Positions 36,411-46,513 of a stretch of 64,000 nucleotides of DNA are shown here, in pieces. The first letter of the stretch is position 1. Every line of letters begins with the position of its first letter. The stretch lies in assembly GCA_002335175.1 (NCBI GenBank), contig DDCA01000001.1, forward strand, positions 225,631-289,630. Reading direction: 5' to 3'. The stretch comes from Candidatus Saccharibacteria bacterium UBA2018. Its GTDB lineage: Bacteria; Patescibacteriota; Saccharimonadia; Saccharimonadales; Saccharimonadaceae. A program made the position numbers and the translations under genes. Below the pieces are notes generated by a model that saw only the letters and a list, made by a program, of their open reading frames with translations, was not told where the DNA came from and ran no database searches.

Positions 36411-37280
36411 TTATTGTAGCGTATGGTTCTCGATGAGCACAACGTTAAGTGCCGCCGCAATCAAAAAGATAATCGGCAGGACAAGCGATATCTTGAATAC
36501 TTGCCGGGCCCAAACCTTTGTGCCGGCTGATTGGCTAAAAATGAGCGCCCATCCTCCGGCCCCTGCAACCATGAGCAGCGTCGGGAAGAAACTGAGGGTA
36601 CCAATCGCATTCAGCGCGGCGATTGCGACCCCGTACGACACCATAAACACGGCCATGTTCGCTTTTACGATCTTTTCACCGGCGATAACTCCCAGCACCG
36701 GAAGGTTGGCGGCGGCATATTCTTCACGACGAAACAGCGAAATAGCGTAAAAATGCGGCATTTGCCAACATACGATAAGAAAGAAGATGAGCCATGCCGT
36801 GGCATCAATTTGGCCGCTGACCGCTACATACCCCGCCATGGCGGGCAGCGCACCCGGAATACTGCCGATCAAGGTACTATGAACTGTCCGGCGCTTGGCG
36901 AAGCCATATATTGCGACATAAAAAACATATGCAAGAATGCCAAGAGCTACAACAATGAGATTAGTGAAAACAAGCAGGCAGACAAGGCCAAGCATGTATA
37001 AAACAGCCGCGAATATGCCTGCGCGGCCGGGTGCAATTTGGCGGGTGACAAGAGCACGCTTTTGGGTACGCGCCATTTTTGCGTCAATGTTTCGATCTAT
37101 CAAGTTATTGACGACGCAGCCAGAGGCAATGACAAGGGAGGAGCCGACCAGCACACCCAGAATGGCGGTTAACTCCAGCCCGTATTGATAAGCAAGCAAT
37201 GATGCCGCTAGTGTATGAATAGCATTCCCGTAAACAATGCCTGGCTTAGTCAAATAGTAATAAAGACGCAGCTGCTCCAT
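36411..37280 (-). CDS. cyoE: protoheme IX farnesyltransferase (heme O synthase)
   Basis: UbiA-family polytopic protein with NNLIDRNIDAKMARTQKRAL (NxxxDxxxD...R) and PHFYAISLFRREEY motifs. It is adjacent to the oxidase operon. Confidence 0.85.
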   Translation of the reverse strand: MEQLRLYYYLTKPGIVYGNAIHTLAASLLAYQYGLELTAILGVLVGSSLVIASGCVVNNLIDRNIDAKMARTQKRALVTRQIAPGRAGIFAAVLYMLGLVCLLVFTNLIVVALGILAYVFYVAIYGFAKRRTVHSTLIGSIPGALPAMAGYVAVSGQIDATAWLIFFLIVCWQMPHFYAISLFRREEYAAANLPVLGVIAGEKIVKANMAVFMVSYGVAIAALNAIGTLSFFPTLLMVAGAGGWALIFSQSAGTKVWARQVFKISLVLPIIFLIAAALNVVLIENHTLQ

Positions 37281-37285
37281 CTTAT

Positions 37286-37657
37286 TTAGAATCCTTTTTT
37301 ATTTTGTTCATACATGTAATCGTTCATCTCATCGGGAGACATGCCCATCCGGTAATCGAGGTTCTGCATAATCCAGAGCGACCCGACAACGATAATGAGC
37401 AGCATCGAGAGCGTAAAAATGAAGGTGTGCGTTTTAAACACAGAGCGCGGATTTGTTCCAAGATGCAAGAAGCACACCGATTGGACGGCCAATTGTGCCG
37501 TTGCCAAAACCAAAAGCATAAGTGCGGCGAGTGCTGACGCATCGCCGAACCAGCCTTGGGTAACGCATAGGTAACTAGCGACGCTCAGTACCAGCGACGT
37601 ACCAAAGCCGAAGACATACAGGCTTACCCAGCTTTTGAATGAACGCTCGGATTTCAT
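37286..37657 (-). CDS. cyoD: cytochrome o quinol oxidase subunit IV
   Basis: 123 aa, three TM helices, last gene of the cyoABCD-like operon, start overlapping the cyoC stop. Confidence 0.7.
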   Translation of the reverse strand: MKSERSFKSWVSLYVFGFGTSLVLSVASYLCVTQGWFGDASALAALMLLVLATAQLAVQSVCFLHLGTNPRSVFKTHTFIFTLSMLLIIVVGSLWIMQNLDYRMGMSPDEMNDYMYEQNKKGF

Positions 37658-38244
37658 GAAAGTTCTCCCAATAAGTAGACGATCGTAAAGAGGAAGATCC
37701 AGACAACATCGAGAAAATGCCAGAAGAGCGAGAAGAGAGTGAACTTACGGACGGCATTCCGGGTCAGGCCATTTGACATAATGTACCCCCCTGTAACAGC
37801 TGCCCAAATTAACCCAATGAGAATGTGGAATCCATGGGTTCCCACTAATGTGAAGAATGCCGATAAGAACGCGCTCGCCTGCCAAGAGTGTCCCTCGCGA
37901 ACAAGCGTGCCGAATTCGAGCAACTCAAGGGTTAGGAAGGCTGTGCCGAGCACAATCGTTGCCATGAGCAGTCCGAGCCCTAATTGCTTTTTCCCAAATT
38001 TAAAGGCAATTGCAGCTATACCGCAGGTGAAGCTGCTGGTGAGCAGAATCAAGGTTTCGACGAAAGCGTAGCGTGGCTCAAACAAGTCCGCCGCTGATGG
38101 CCCGCCGGCAGTATTGTTCCGTAGAACAAGGTAGGTCGCAAACAGACTGGCAAATATGATGACATCTGTCATAAGGTAAAGCCAAAAGCCTAATTCAGCT
38201 TTGTCAGCTTTGCGATTAAGGGTATCTACAGTTTCATGCCTCAT
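37654..38244 (-). CDS. cyoC: cytochrome o quinol oxidase subunit III
   Basis: 196 aa, five TM helices. GTHGFHILIGLIW and FWHFLDVVWIFLF motifs are typical of heme-copper oxidase subunit III. Confidence 0.85.
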   Translation of the reverse strand: MRHETVDTLNRKADKAELGFWLYLMTDVIIFASLFATYLVLRNNTAGGPSAADLFEPRYAFVETLILLTSSFTCGIAAIAFKFGKKQLGLGLLMATIVLGTAFLTLELLEFGTLVREGHSWQASAFLSAFFTLVGTHGFHILIGLIWAAVTGGYIMSNGLTRNAVRKFTLFSLFWHFLDVVWIFLFTIVYLLGELS

Positions 38245-40217
38245 ACTGCCATCCCTTTCGCCCGTCGGTCTTCCTTCAAAAGTTCTTCGGCAGTCAGCAG
38301 ATACTCCGTATCGTCCTTTGTGGTTCTAATAATAATAATGACGATAATTCCGAGAGCGAGCAGACCAACAAGCCACCATAAGTGCCAGATTATTCCAAAA
38401 CCTGCTCCACATGCCATCAGCCCGATTAGAAGCCCGACGGCAGAATTTTTGGGAAGCCAGACGTCACGATACTCGGACTTATGTGGCGCTTGGTAATGTG
38501 TCTTTTTGCGGTGCCACCACTCGTCGCGATGCGTTACGACAGGCTGAACGGCAAAATTATAGTGCGGCGCCGGCGAGGGCACCGACCATTCCAATGTGCG
38601 GCCGTCCCATGGGTCGCCGGTGGTGTCGCGTAGCTCTTTGCGCTTCCAGACACTATAAATAATTTGAAGCATGAACAAACCTATGCCCAGCGCTATAATC
38701 AAGACGCCGATACCACTGGTTATAAAGAAGGGTTGCCATGTCGGATCGCTATAACTGTCAATCCTTCGAACAGCCCCCATAAGGCCGAGAGCGTAAAGAG
38801 GCATGAACGCAACGATGAAACCGATTTGCCACGCAATGGCCGAGTACCTGCCCAGACGATCATTCAATCGGAATCCAAAAATTTTCGGGAACCAATATGT
38901 CATTGCGGCAAAGAAACCGAATACTACCCCGCCAATAATGGTGTTATGGAAGTGCGCAACTAAGAACATAGAGTTATGCACCTGGAAGTCTAAGGCCGGA
39001 ACTGCCATCATAACCCCTGTTACGCCGCCAATCGTGAACGTGACGACAAACGCGAGAAACCATACCATTGGCGCCCTGAACCGAATGCGTCCACGATACA
39101 TCGTGAAGAGCCAGTTGAATATTTTGACACCAGTAGGGATGGCAATCACCATAGTCATAATTCCGAAGAATGCATTGACATTCGCGCCTGCACCCATAGT
39201 GAAGAAATGATGCTGCCAGACAACGAACGACAAGAACATGATAGCAATGAGCGCATACACCATGGTTTTATATCCAAAGAGCGCTTTTTTTGCGAAGGTC
39301 GCCACCACCTCGCTATAGATGCCGAAGGCCGGTAGCACTAGTATATAGACTTCCGGATGGCCCCACGCCCAGATAAGGTTGATGTACATCATCGCATTCC
39401 CGCCCAGGTCCGACGTAAAGAAATGCATTCCCATCGTACGGTCGAGGCTCAGCAGCGCCAGTGTTACGGTAAGGATTGGAAATGCCAGCATAATCAGCAC
39501 GCTGGTGACAAGTACGCTCCATGGGAAGATAGGCATCTTAAACCACGTCATACCGGGAGCACGGTGTTTAATAATTGTGACTGCGAAGTTAATACCGGAA
39601 AGGAGGCTTCCAATACCGGCAATCTGGAGCGACCATATCCAATAGTCAACTCCTGGCCCGGGGTTATACTGGAGTTCGGTCAGCGGCGGGTAGCCAAGCC
39701 AGCCCCCATTGCTAAACCCACCGAATACCAGTGAAGTGTTAACGAGAATCATACCCGCGACGAAGAGCCACAAGCTAATCGAATTGAGGAATGGGAAGGC
39801 CATGTCACGGGCCCCAATCATTAACGGCATAACGACATTGATTAACCCAAACATCAGTCCCATTGCGACAAAGAAAATCATAATCGTACCGTGGGCCGTA
39901 AACACTTGTTGGAAGGTATCGGTGCTAAAGGGTCCTGTAGCGTCACCTGCGGCCAGTGCCGTTTGCAGCCGCAGCATGCCGGCATCGGCGACGCCGCGGA
40001 CCAGCATTATGATGGCGACGATGACATACATGACACCAATCTTTTTTGCATCTAGCGAAGTCAGCCAATTATTCCACAGCCATTTCCAACGTTTTAGATA
40101 GGTAATCAGAGCCACCAGACCAACGACAGTCAAAGGCATGCCGACGGCGGCGCCGATGGTCACCGGATCGCTCGGGAAATATTCTGTCGACAACCGGCCA
40201 AGCAAAAAATCAATCAT
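38241..40217 (-). CDS. cyoB: cytochrome o quinol oxidase subunit I (heme-copper oxidase)
   Basis: 658 aa. FTAHGTIMIFF, WAWGHPEVYILVLPAFG (CuB His ligands), and QHHFFTMG...VAHFHNTIIGG (heme ligands). Confidence 0.93.
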   Translation of the reverse strand: MIDFLLGRLSTEYFPSDPVTIGAAVGMPLTVVGLVALITYLKRWKWLWNNWLTSLDAKKIGVMYVIVAIIMLVRGVADAGMLRLQTALAAGDATGPFSTDTFQQVFTAHGTIMIFFVAMGLMFGLINVVMPLMIGARDMAFPFLNSISLWLFVAGMILVNTSLVFGGFSNGGWLGYPPLTELQYNPGPGVDYWIWSLQIAGIGSLLSGINFAVTIIKHRAPGMTWFKMPIFPWSVLVTSVLIMLAFPILTVTLALLSLDRTMGMHFFTSDLGGNAMMYINLIWAWGHPEVYILVLPAFGIYSEVVATFAKKALFGYKTMVYALIAIMFLSFVVWQHHFFTMGAGANVNAFFGIMTMVIAIPTGVKIFNWLFTMYRGRIRFRAPMVWFLAFVVTFTIGGVTGVMMAVPALDFQVHNSMFLVAHFHNTIIGGVVFGFFAAMTYWFPKIFGFRLNDRLGRYSAIAWQIGFIVAFMPLYALGLMGAVRRIDSYSDPTWQPFFITSGIGVLIIALGIGLFMLQIIYSVWKRKELRDTTGDPWDGRTLEWSVPSPAPHYNFAVQPVVTHRDEWWHRKKTHYQAPHKSEYRDVWLPKNSAVGLLIGLMACGAGFGIIWHLWWLVGLLALGIIVIIIIRTTKDDTEYLLTAEELLKEDRRAKGMAV

Positions 40218-41104
40218 CTGGCTTGACCTTCCGGCGTTCCGCTATGTGAGCCGTGCCCCATGTATTTCTGGGTGATGGTCTGGAAAAGATTCGTGTCAAC
40301 AAGGCGATACGTTATTTCGTCTCGTACGATTTCCGGCTCCTCAAGTGACCGGTACATGCTACGGTCCATTAGGTTGCGAGAGACGGCCGCCTGACGTACC
40401 GCATCGGTATATTCTGACTTCGGCATAACAGTTGTTTTAAAGGTCATGTTCGAGTAGCCACGACCGTTAATATTCGTATTGTAGCCCGTGAACGTACCGA
40501 GCTTCGTGGCGCGGAGGTTTAATTCCGACGACATGCCATTCATGGTGTAAATCTGTGACCCAAGGGCAGGTATCCAGAACGAGCTCATGGGTGCGTCGGC
40601 CGTAAGCGTAAAATGAACCGGCCGGTCCACCGGAATCGGTAAATGGTTGAGTGTCGCCATCCCCTGCTCGGGGTAAAGAAACAGCCACTTCCAGCGCAGG
40701 GCGACGACTTGCACCTCAACCGGGTCTTCGTTGCTTAGCGGTTTATAGGGATCAAGGCTATGGCTCGTTTGGTAGGTAACGACTCCGAGTACGGCAATTA
40801 AAACAATCGGAATCCCCCACCAGAGACGTTCCAGCCAACGGTTTTCTGCCCAGTTGGGCTTGTACTTGGCCTTTTTGTTGGACTCACGGTACTTTACGGC
40901 GAAAAATACCAATAGAACATAAACCGGTACTACCACGATAAGGCTAAGGAGGGCTGTAAAGACAAATAGGTCCCGCTGCGCTTGCGAGACTTCCCCGCTT
41001 GGGTTGAGAACCGGAATAGTTGCGTCTTTTAGGAGCAGCCAGCCGCCGAAAATAAGGCCTAACAAAACCAGAATCGGCACCAGAATGCGCAAAAATTTCA
41101 CCAT
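40214..41104 (-). CDS. cyoA: quinol oxidase subunit II (no CuA-site cysteines)
   Basis: Two N-terminal TM helices plus a cupredoxin domain. PMSSFWIPALGSQIYTMNGMSSELNL resembles the CyoA quinol-oxidase type, and no CxxxC CuA motif is present. Confidence 0.85.
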   Translation of the reverse strand: MVKFLRILVPILVLLGLIFGGWLLLKDATIPVLNPSGEVSQAQRDLFVFTALLSLIVVVPVYVLLVFFAVKYRESNKKAKYKPNWAENRWLERLWWGIPIVLIAVLGVVTYQTSHSLDPYKPLSNEDPVEVQVVALRWKWLFLYPEQGMATLNHLPIPVDRPVHFTLTADAPMSSFWIPALGSQIYTMNGMSSELNLRATKLGTFTGYNTNINGRGYSNMTFKTTVMPKSEYTDAVRQAAVSRNLMDRSMYRSLEEPEIVRDEITYRLVDTNLFQTITQKYMGHGSHSGTPEGQAR

Positions 41105-41151
41105 GTGCCCCTATGATACCGTTTACGCTTACCTACTTGCAAGTTATAAAT

Positions 41152-41418
41152 TTACAAACTTGCTTGTGATTCGGCCTGAGAAGCGTCCTCGTCTTCAAAG
41201 TCTAGTTCGTCAAGCGCCTTTTCCGCAGCCTCCAGATCGGCCTTGGTCGTAATCACTTCGGCAGATTTACTGGTCGAAACCGCTGGGCTGCCGGTAGCAG
41301 TTGTCTCGGCAGATTTAGAGAATGACTTCCAGGCGACGAAACCAAGCCCGCCGGCCAGGACGAGTACACCAATGATTACCAGTACCTCAACGAGAGAAAA
41401 TCCCATTCGCTGTTTCAT
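41152..41418 (-). CDS. prepilin-type N-terminal cleavage/methylation domain protein (small pilin-like)
   Basis: MKQRMG/FSLVEVLVIIGVLVLAGG is a class III signal (G|F..E at +5) followed by a hydrophobic helix. 88 aa. Confidence 0.7.
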   Translation of the reverse strand: MKQRMGFSLVEVLVIIGVLVLAGGLGFVAWKSFSKSAETTATGSPAVSTSKSAEVITTKADLEAAEKALDELDFEDEDASQAESQASL

Positions 41419-41421
41419 GGC

Positions 41422-42108
41422 TTACTCCGTTCCCGCTTTCTTAAGCGTAAATGCTTCGCGGACCACCGCAATGAGTTCCTTAACGGACTGGCGGTAGGCT
41501 TTCAGGGCATCACGTCGTTGCTTATGGAGATCGCGGACAGTATGAGCCGGCTTTTCTTCATCTACGCTAGAGCAGTCAAAATTAACATCTGCAACCGTAT
41601 CAATCGCCGCAATTGCATCTGCCTCTTTGGCCTCAACATTAGCTACGGCGCTGTCATAGCCTTCGTGGCTGAGCTCCTGATTAGCATAGAATTTCTTAAC
41701 GCCTTCTTCGACACGCTGGATTGCCGCCAGGCGTTTTTTCGAGGTCTCAACGCCTTTGTCAATCAACGCATTTATCCGTTCCTCACGATTTTCACAGACG
41801 GCAAGGCGGCGACCTTCGAGCCTTTGCTTGATTGTTTCCCGCCTGTTTTCGAGCTCTGCTTTCAACTCGGCCCGACGCGCTTCTATCCGCTCTTTCTGCG
41901 TCGAGAAATCCTCTTGTTCTTCTTTAAGCGTTTCAGTTGTCTCAGTGACAGTCCGGGCAAGAGTTTTTGTGGCACCATCAACGATAGCCTCTACGTCAGA
42001 GGTGAGCGGCAAATAATCGCTTCGCAAATCAAGGGCGAAGGCCGGAGTAGCTACTCCCAGCACGAGCAGACTGCTCAAACCGCCCAGTACAATCGATCGC
42101 TTTATCAT
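41422..42108 (-). CDS. secreted coiled-coil protein (hypothetical)
   Basis: The ATG at 42108 is preceded by GGAGG. The signal peptide is MIKRSIVLGGLSSLLVLGVATPAFA, followed by charged heptad-like repeats (ERIEARRAELKAELENRRETIKQRLEGRR). Confidence 0.55.
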   Translation of the reverse strand: MIKRSIVLGGLSSLLVLGVATPAFALDLRSDYLPLTSDVEAIVDGATKTLARTVTETTETLKEEQEDFSTQKERIEARRAELKAELENRRETIKQRLEGRRLAVCENREERINALIDKGVETSKKRLAAIQRVEEGVKKFYANQELSHEGYDSAVANVEAKEADAIAAIDTVADVNFDCSSVDEEKPAHTVRDLHKQRRDALKAYRQSVKELIAVVREAFTLKKAGTE

Positions 42109-42168
42109 GTTGCTTTTTCCTCCACAAATATAATGTAAATAGTATACCACTTATGATTATTATGGCAA

Positions 42169-42205
42169 ACAAAATACCGCCGTTTATCGTCAGGCGGTAT
42201 TTTGT
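42169..42205 (-). terminator. rho-independent terminator of fusA
   Basis: ACAAAATACCGCC / GGCGGTATTTTGT form a 13-bp stem with an 11-nt loop and a T-rich tail on the minus strand, 13 nt after the fusA stop. Confidence 0.7.
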
Positions 42206-42217
42206 TCTTTAAGAGGT

Positions 42218-44311
42218 TTACTTACTCGAGCGCTTCTCAATTATTTCTTGAGCAACGTTCGGTGGGACTTCTTCGTACTGGGCAAGTTCCATCGTACTTG
42301 CGGCCCGGCCCTGACTCATCGATCGTATGTCGTTTGTGTAGCCGAACATTTGAGCTAACGGAACAAACGCCTTAATAAGTTTGGCGCCGCCGGCTAAATC
42401 TTCCATAGCCTCAATGCGGCCTCGTCGCGAGTTCAAGTCTCCAATCACATCACCCATGAATTCTTCCGGGGTCGTTACTTCAACACGCATAACAGGTTCG
42501 AGCAGAACCGGGTTGGCCTGCTTGATACCTGCACGTGCTGCCAGACTTCCGGCCAGACTGAAGGCCAGTTCACTGGAGTCCACGTCGTGGTACGAACCGT
42601 CATAAAGCGTTGCCTTGACGTCTACCACCGGGTAGCCGGCAATAACACCACCGTCAAGCGTTTCCTTAATACCTTTTTGGACAGGCATGCGGTATTCCTG
42701 TGGAACGACACCGCCCTTAATCTCATCGAAGAACTCGAAGCCCTTGCCGGGTTCATTCGGCTCAAACCGTACCCAGACATCACCGTACTGACCGCGACCA
42801 CCAGATTGCTTGGCATGCTTTCCTTGTACTTCAGCTGTCCCCTTAATGGTTTCGCGGAACGCCACTTGCGGCTCACCCACGTTGGCCTCTACCTTAAATT
42901 CGCGTTTCATACGGTCAATCAAAATATCGAGGTGAAGCTCGCCCATACCACTCATGATGGTCTGGCCCGTTTCTTCATCGGTATGAACACGGAAGGTCGG
43001 GTCTTCCTCGGCTAAGCGGCCCAGCGCTATACCCATTTTTTCTTGGTCGGCCTTGCTCTTTGGCTCAACAGCAATAGCAACAGGCGGCTCAGGGAACGTA
43101 ATGCTCTCAAGCGCAATCGGATTGTTGGCATCACACAAGGTATGTCCGGTAAAGGTACTCTTCAACCCAACCACAGCGGCAATGTCACCGGCATTAATCT
43201 CATCGATGTCTTCACGCTTATCGGCATGCATCCGGACAATACGGCCAACGCGCTCTTTCTCACCGGTGGTCGTGTTAAGTACGTAGCTACCGGCCTTCAG
43301 GTTGCCCGAGTACACACGGACGAAAATCAGTTTTCCAACAAACGGGTCAGTCGCAATTTTAAATGCAATACCTGCCATCGGTTCTGATGCATCTGGTTTA
43401 CGGCTGACTTTTTCGCCGTTCTTCGGGTTAATTCCCCAGGTCTCACCGACGTCCAGCGGACTTGGCAAGTAATCATTAACAAGGTCGAGAACTTTTTCAA
43501 CAATAACGCCGCGACCGTCACCGCCTGTAACAAGGTAAAAGTCGCCAGCCAGTGTACGCTTCCGAAGCGCAGCCTTTAGCTCGTCGGTTGTAATAGCTGC
43601 TTCGCCTTCGTCTAGGAATCGCATCATCAGGTCGTCATCGGCTTCAACCGCCGCTTCAACCAGCAGGCTGCGGGCATTTTTCGCCTTCTCAGCCATGTCG
43701 GCCGGAATTTCACCTTCGACCAGCTGCTTGTCGGTGTAGTCAGAGTAGGTATAGGCTTTCATTTCGACAAGGTCAACCAGGCCATTAATGTCTTTTTCGA
43801 AGCCAATCGGCAAGTGGACGGGAAGCGCAGCCTTGGTTAGCCGAGTATGAATTGTTTCGAGCGACTTGTAGAAATCACCGCCGGTTTGGTTAATCTTGTT
43901 GATAAAACAAATGCGCGGTACGCCGTACTTGTTCGCCTGGCGCCAAACGGTCTCTGTTTGGGCTTCGACACCCATCTTGCCGTCGAATACGACGACTGCG
44001 CCGTCAAGGACACGGAGCGAGCGTTCGACTTCAGCCGTAAAGTCAATGTGACCCGGTGTGTCGATGATATTAATTTTGCAGCCCTTCCAAAAGCAAGTTA
44101 CGGCAGCTGAGGTAATCGTGATACCACGTTCTTTTTCCTGTGCCATCCAGTCGGTTGTAGCACCATCACCGTCACCACGGACTTCCCCAATTTTGTGGTT
44201 GATGCCGGTTCGGTACAAAATACCTTCTGTAGTAGTCGTTTTGCCGGCGTCAATATGAGCAATAATACCGATATTGCGGTAGTCTTTCAGCGGCACGGTC
44301 TGTTGGGCCAT
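42218..44311 (-). CDS. fusA: elongation factor G
   Basis: [20 protein letters not shown] and NKINQ GTPase motifs. 697 aa. Confidence 0.97.
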   Translation of the reverse strand: MAQQTVPLKDYRNIGIIAHIDAGKTTTTEGILYRTGINHKIGEVRGDGDGATTDWMAQEKERGITITSAAVTCFWKGCKINIIDTPGHIDFTAEVERSLRVLDGAVVVFDGKMGVEAQTETVWRQANKYGVPRICFINKINQTGGDFYKSLETIHTRLTKAALPVHLPIGFEKDINGLVDLVEMKAYTYSDYTDKQLVEGEIPADMAEKAKNARSLLVEAAVEADDDLMMRFLDEGEAAITTDELKAALRKRTLAGDFYLVTGGDGRGVIVEKVLDLVNDYLPSPLDVGETWGINPKNGEKVSRKPDASEPMAGIAFKIATDPFVGKLIFVRVYSGNLKAGSYVLNTTTGEKERVGRIVRMHADKREDIDEINAGDIAAVVGLKSTFTGHTLCDANNPIALESITFPEPPVAIAVEPKSKADQEKMGIALGRLAEEDPTFRVHTDEETGQTIMSGMGELHLDILIDRMKREFKVEANVGEPQVAFRETIKGTAEVQGKHAKQSGGRGQYGDVWVRFEPNEPGKGFEFFDEIKGGVVPQEYRMPVQKGIKETLDGGVIAGYPVVDVKATLYDGSYHDVDSSELAFSLAGSLAARAGIKQANPVLLEPVMRVEVTTPEEFMGDVIGDLNSRRGRIEAMEDLAGGAKLIKAFVPLAQMFGYTNDIRSMSQGRAASTMELAQYEEVPPNVAQEIIEKRSSK

Positions 44312-44374
44312 TAGTGTAGTGGTTTCCTCTCGTTAGTTAGAAATTTTTGCCATAAAAAATAGCGCTCTTGTTTG

Positions 44375-44383
44375 ATTGTAGCA
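44375..44383 (-). promoter_or_regulatory. possible extended -10 element (TGcTACAAT) upstream of fusA
   Basis: The minus strand reads TGCTACAAT about 65 nt upstream of the fusA ATG. No good -35 is present. Confidence 0.35.
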
Positions 44384-44408
44384 AAATTCATAGAGAAATT
44401 CCAGTCAA

Positions 44409-46466
44409 TTAGTACTTAAAGGCCGTGATTGACGACAGGGGTATGTAGTGTACCGGCTCATTCTTGTCGTGAGTAACGTGCAGCACGAAGGCAGCCCCGG
44501 TTTGCGGCAAGTCCGGCACGTTTGGCACGATGCCTTCGATTGTGGCGTAAAGCTCATGCCCTTCGGTAAGACGCCCTTCCTTGTAAACATCGCCGGTCAC
44601 CTTTGCGTCAGATAGCATGAATATCCTTTCGGCGGCATGAAGAATTTCCCAAGATTCTTCACCAGCAGAGGCAACTTGGTATGAAAACTTTCTAAAAATA
44701 GCAATGTTATTCAGAGGCGTTAGCTCTGCTCGGGTACCAGCAAGCGTGCTCTCAATCCTCTTCAGCCCGTCAAGGACCTTAGTTGCAGGATGCCTCGGGT
44801 ACTTTTTCTTAAATGCCGCGAGTGCCGAGTGGGCCGTTTCTACCATTTGAAGTTGGGCGGGGTTGATTATAGTCGTACCATCCAGCCGGCCAAGAGCCAT
44901 TTTACTAATGTCGCCCGTGATGAGGCTGACAGGAGCGTGAGCCATTCTAATGGGGTGCTGATTTAATTTAAAAATCATTTGCGGCAAGGGTCGGTAGTAT
45001 GTCTCGTCATCCTCGCCGGTTACTTCTTCGACGCCGCTATAGAGGCCGTTGTAATACCCGAATATTTCCAGTGAAGCATCAGGGGCTTGGTACGGCATTT
45101 CACCGCTCAGTTGAATCTGCATCTGGGTGTCCTGAATCATGATGCCGGCATTTGGCATACACAGCCCGCCGCCCTCAAGCCGCAGCACTACCGTGTGGGC
45201 TTGCAGTTCTTCAAGTTTTTGATTCAAAGCGGCAGCCAGCGACTCGGAGGCAAGTTCGGCCGCTTCGGCATCATTAAACCGATTGCGCCGAGCTTTTCTT
45301 ATTTCCTTTATAGCAGTATTTATTTCATATCGTATTATTTGTTGCCGTTTGACTGGGGGCAAAGCTTCACCTGGCGTATATGAAATTTCACTTTCCTCGG
45401 GAATTGGCACGGCCTCGAATGACTCAACCGAGTCGTCGGGAATGAATCGCTTCGCCAAGGCTATTTCAACAAGCGAAAGCGTCCGTCTGGTGCTGCGAAG
45501 CGTATGGATGGACGTGACGGGCATAATGACAGTGTCCGTATAGTCTTCGTCCATAGGATGAGAAAATTCAGCAACCATCGCGGCATGCACGGCTGTCGTA
45601 CCGTCGTCGTGGGTTTTTTTGACAAAAGCGATAGCCGGCTCAAAACAATATTCGGTATGTGGCTGCTCGATGTCGATGTGCAGATGGTCTTCATCTTCGT
45701 CTACAAATGTAACCGGGCCCTTCAGCGTAATCGCCAGCGGCCAATTTTTATCAAATGCCAGCCGGGCATCAATGTACTCTCCCAGCCAGAGTCGAAAATC
45801 GTCAGATGCCTCGAGCTCGGCCTGAAGGCGTCTCGTCAATACCAAGAGGCGCTTTGGCAGTCGAAACACCTCCCGCTCACGGTCTAAAATGAGGTGGTCG
45901 ACAAGCTTCATAGCCTCTGGCCAATCACGGTGAAGCCGCAAATCAATTGCCTCAATCGACGGCGTACTGTACACGTGCTGGAATGCCTCCCCCGGATATA
46001 CGACATACTGATAATCGGGAAGGTCATCTCGCGGTTCAGAAAAGCCGTATCCCAGTTTGATAGAGTGGGGACTAGCTGACTCATCCGTGCCAGATGGCTG
46101 CGGCGCACTGACAATGCCTCTCGATCGCAGTTCTACGGCGTCGAGAATATAAAACAGATTCCCATTAGGATCGACTCCGGGATCGGGCCAGCTGTCGGGT
46201 ACGGCTTCGCGAATGTCTGCATCCGCTAGATATACGCGTCCCGTGACCGTAGCAACGTCGTCATGGTATCTCCACTCATCATTGAGCCCATCGAGCGCAC
46301 TATGAAAGCCCGGTGCATACATACCACCCTTTTCGTTGATAAACGATTCCGTCTCAGACATACGGGCGTCAAATAGCCGAATGCCCGGGTCGAGCGTATC
46401 TTCTGTTTCGCGGTCGATGAGGTTTAAGAAGGCCGTTTCGGTTTCTGCCGGATTGTTCGTACTCAT
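44409..46466 (-). CDS. large acidic hypothetical protein (685 aa), no recognisable domain
   Basis: Long uninterrupted ORF with no TM or signal peptide and no P-loop or HExxH motifs seen. It is the second gene of a two-gene unit between rpsG and fusA. Confidence 0.6.
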   Translation of the reverse strand: MSTNNPAETETAFLNLIDRETEDTLDPGIRLFDARMSETESFINEKGGMYAPGFHSALDGLNDEWRYHDDVATVTGRVYLADADIREAVPDSWPDPGVDPNGNLFYILDAVELRSRGIVSAPQPSGTDESASPHSIKLGYGFSEPRDDLPDYQYVVYPGEAFQHVYSTPSIEAIDLRLHRDWPEAMKLVDHLILDREREVFRLPKRLLVLTRRLQAELEASDDFRLWLGEYIDARLAFDKNWPLAITLKGPVTFVDEDEDHLHIDIEQPHTEYCFEPAIAFVKKTHDDGTTAVHAAMVAEFSHPMDEDYTDTVIMPVTSIHTLRSTRRTLSLVEIALAKRFIPDDSVESFEAVPIPEESEISYTPGEALPPVKRQQIIRYEINTAIKEIRKARRNRFNDAEAAELASESLAAALNQKLEELQAHTVVLRLEGGGLCMPNAGIMIQDTQMQIQLSGEMPYQAPDASLEIFGYYNGLYSGVEEVTGEDDETYYRPLPQMIFKLNQHPIRMAHAPVSLITGDISKMALGRLDGTTIINPAQLQMVETAHSALAAFKKKYPRHPATKVLDGLKRIESTLAGTRAELTPLNNIAIFRKFSYQVASAGEESWEILHAAERIFMLSDAKVTGDVYKEGRLTEGHELYATIEGIVPNVPDLPQTGAAFVLHVTHDKNEPVHYIPLSSITAFKY

Positions 46467-46513
46467 AATTTCTTTATCCTACCCCTTACCTATCGAGGGT
46501 TCAACCATAATCA

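Noticed and set aside
36304-37188. Plus-strand ORFs 36304..36750, 36531..37001 and 36937..37188 antisense to cyoE
   Set aside because: They are shadow frames of a polytopic membrane protein gene. CyoE is supported by UbiA-family motifs and operon context.
41518-42138. Plus-strand 206-aa ORF antisense to the secreted coiled-coil gene
   Set aside because: The minus-strand ORF has a strong GGAGG SD, a clean signal peptide and heptad periodicity. The plus ORF is Phe/Leu/Cys-rich, which is the mirror of a Lys/Glu-rich coiled-coil gene.
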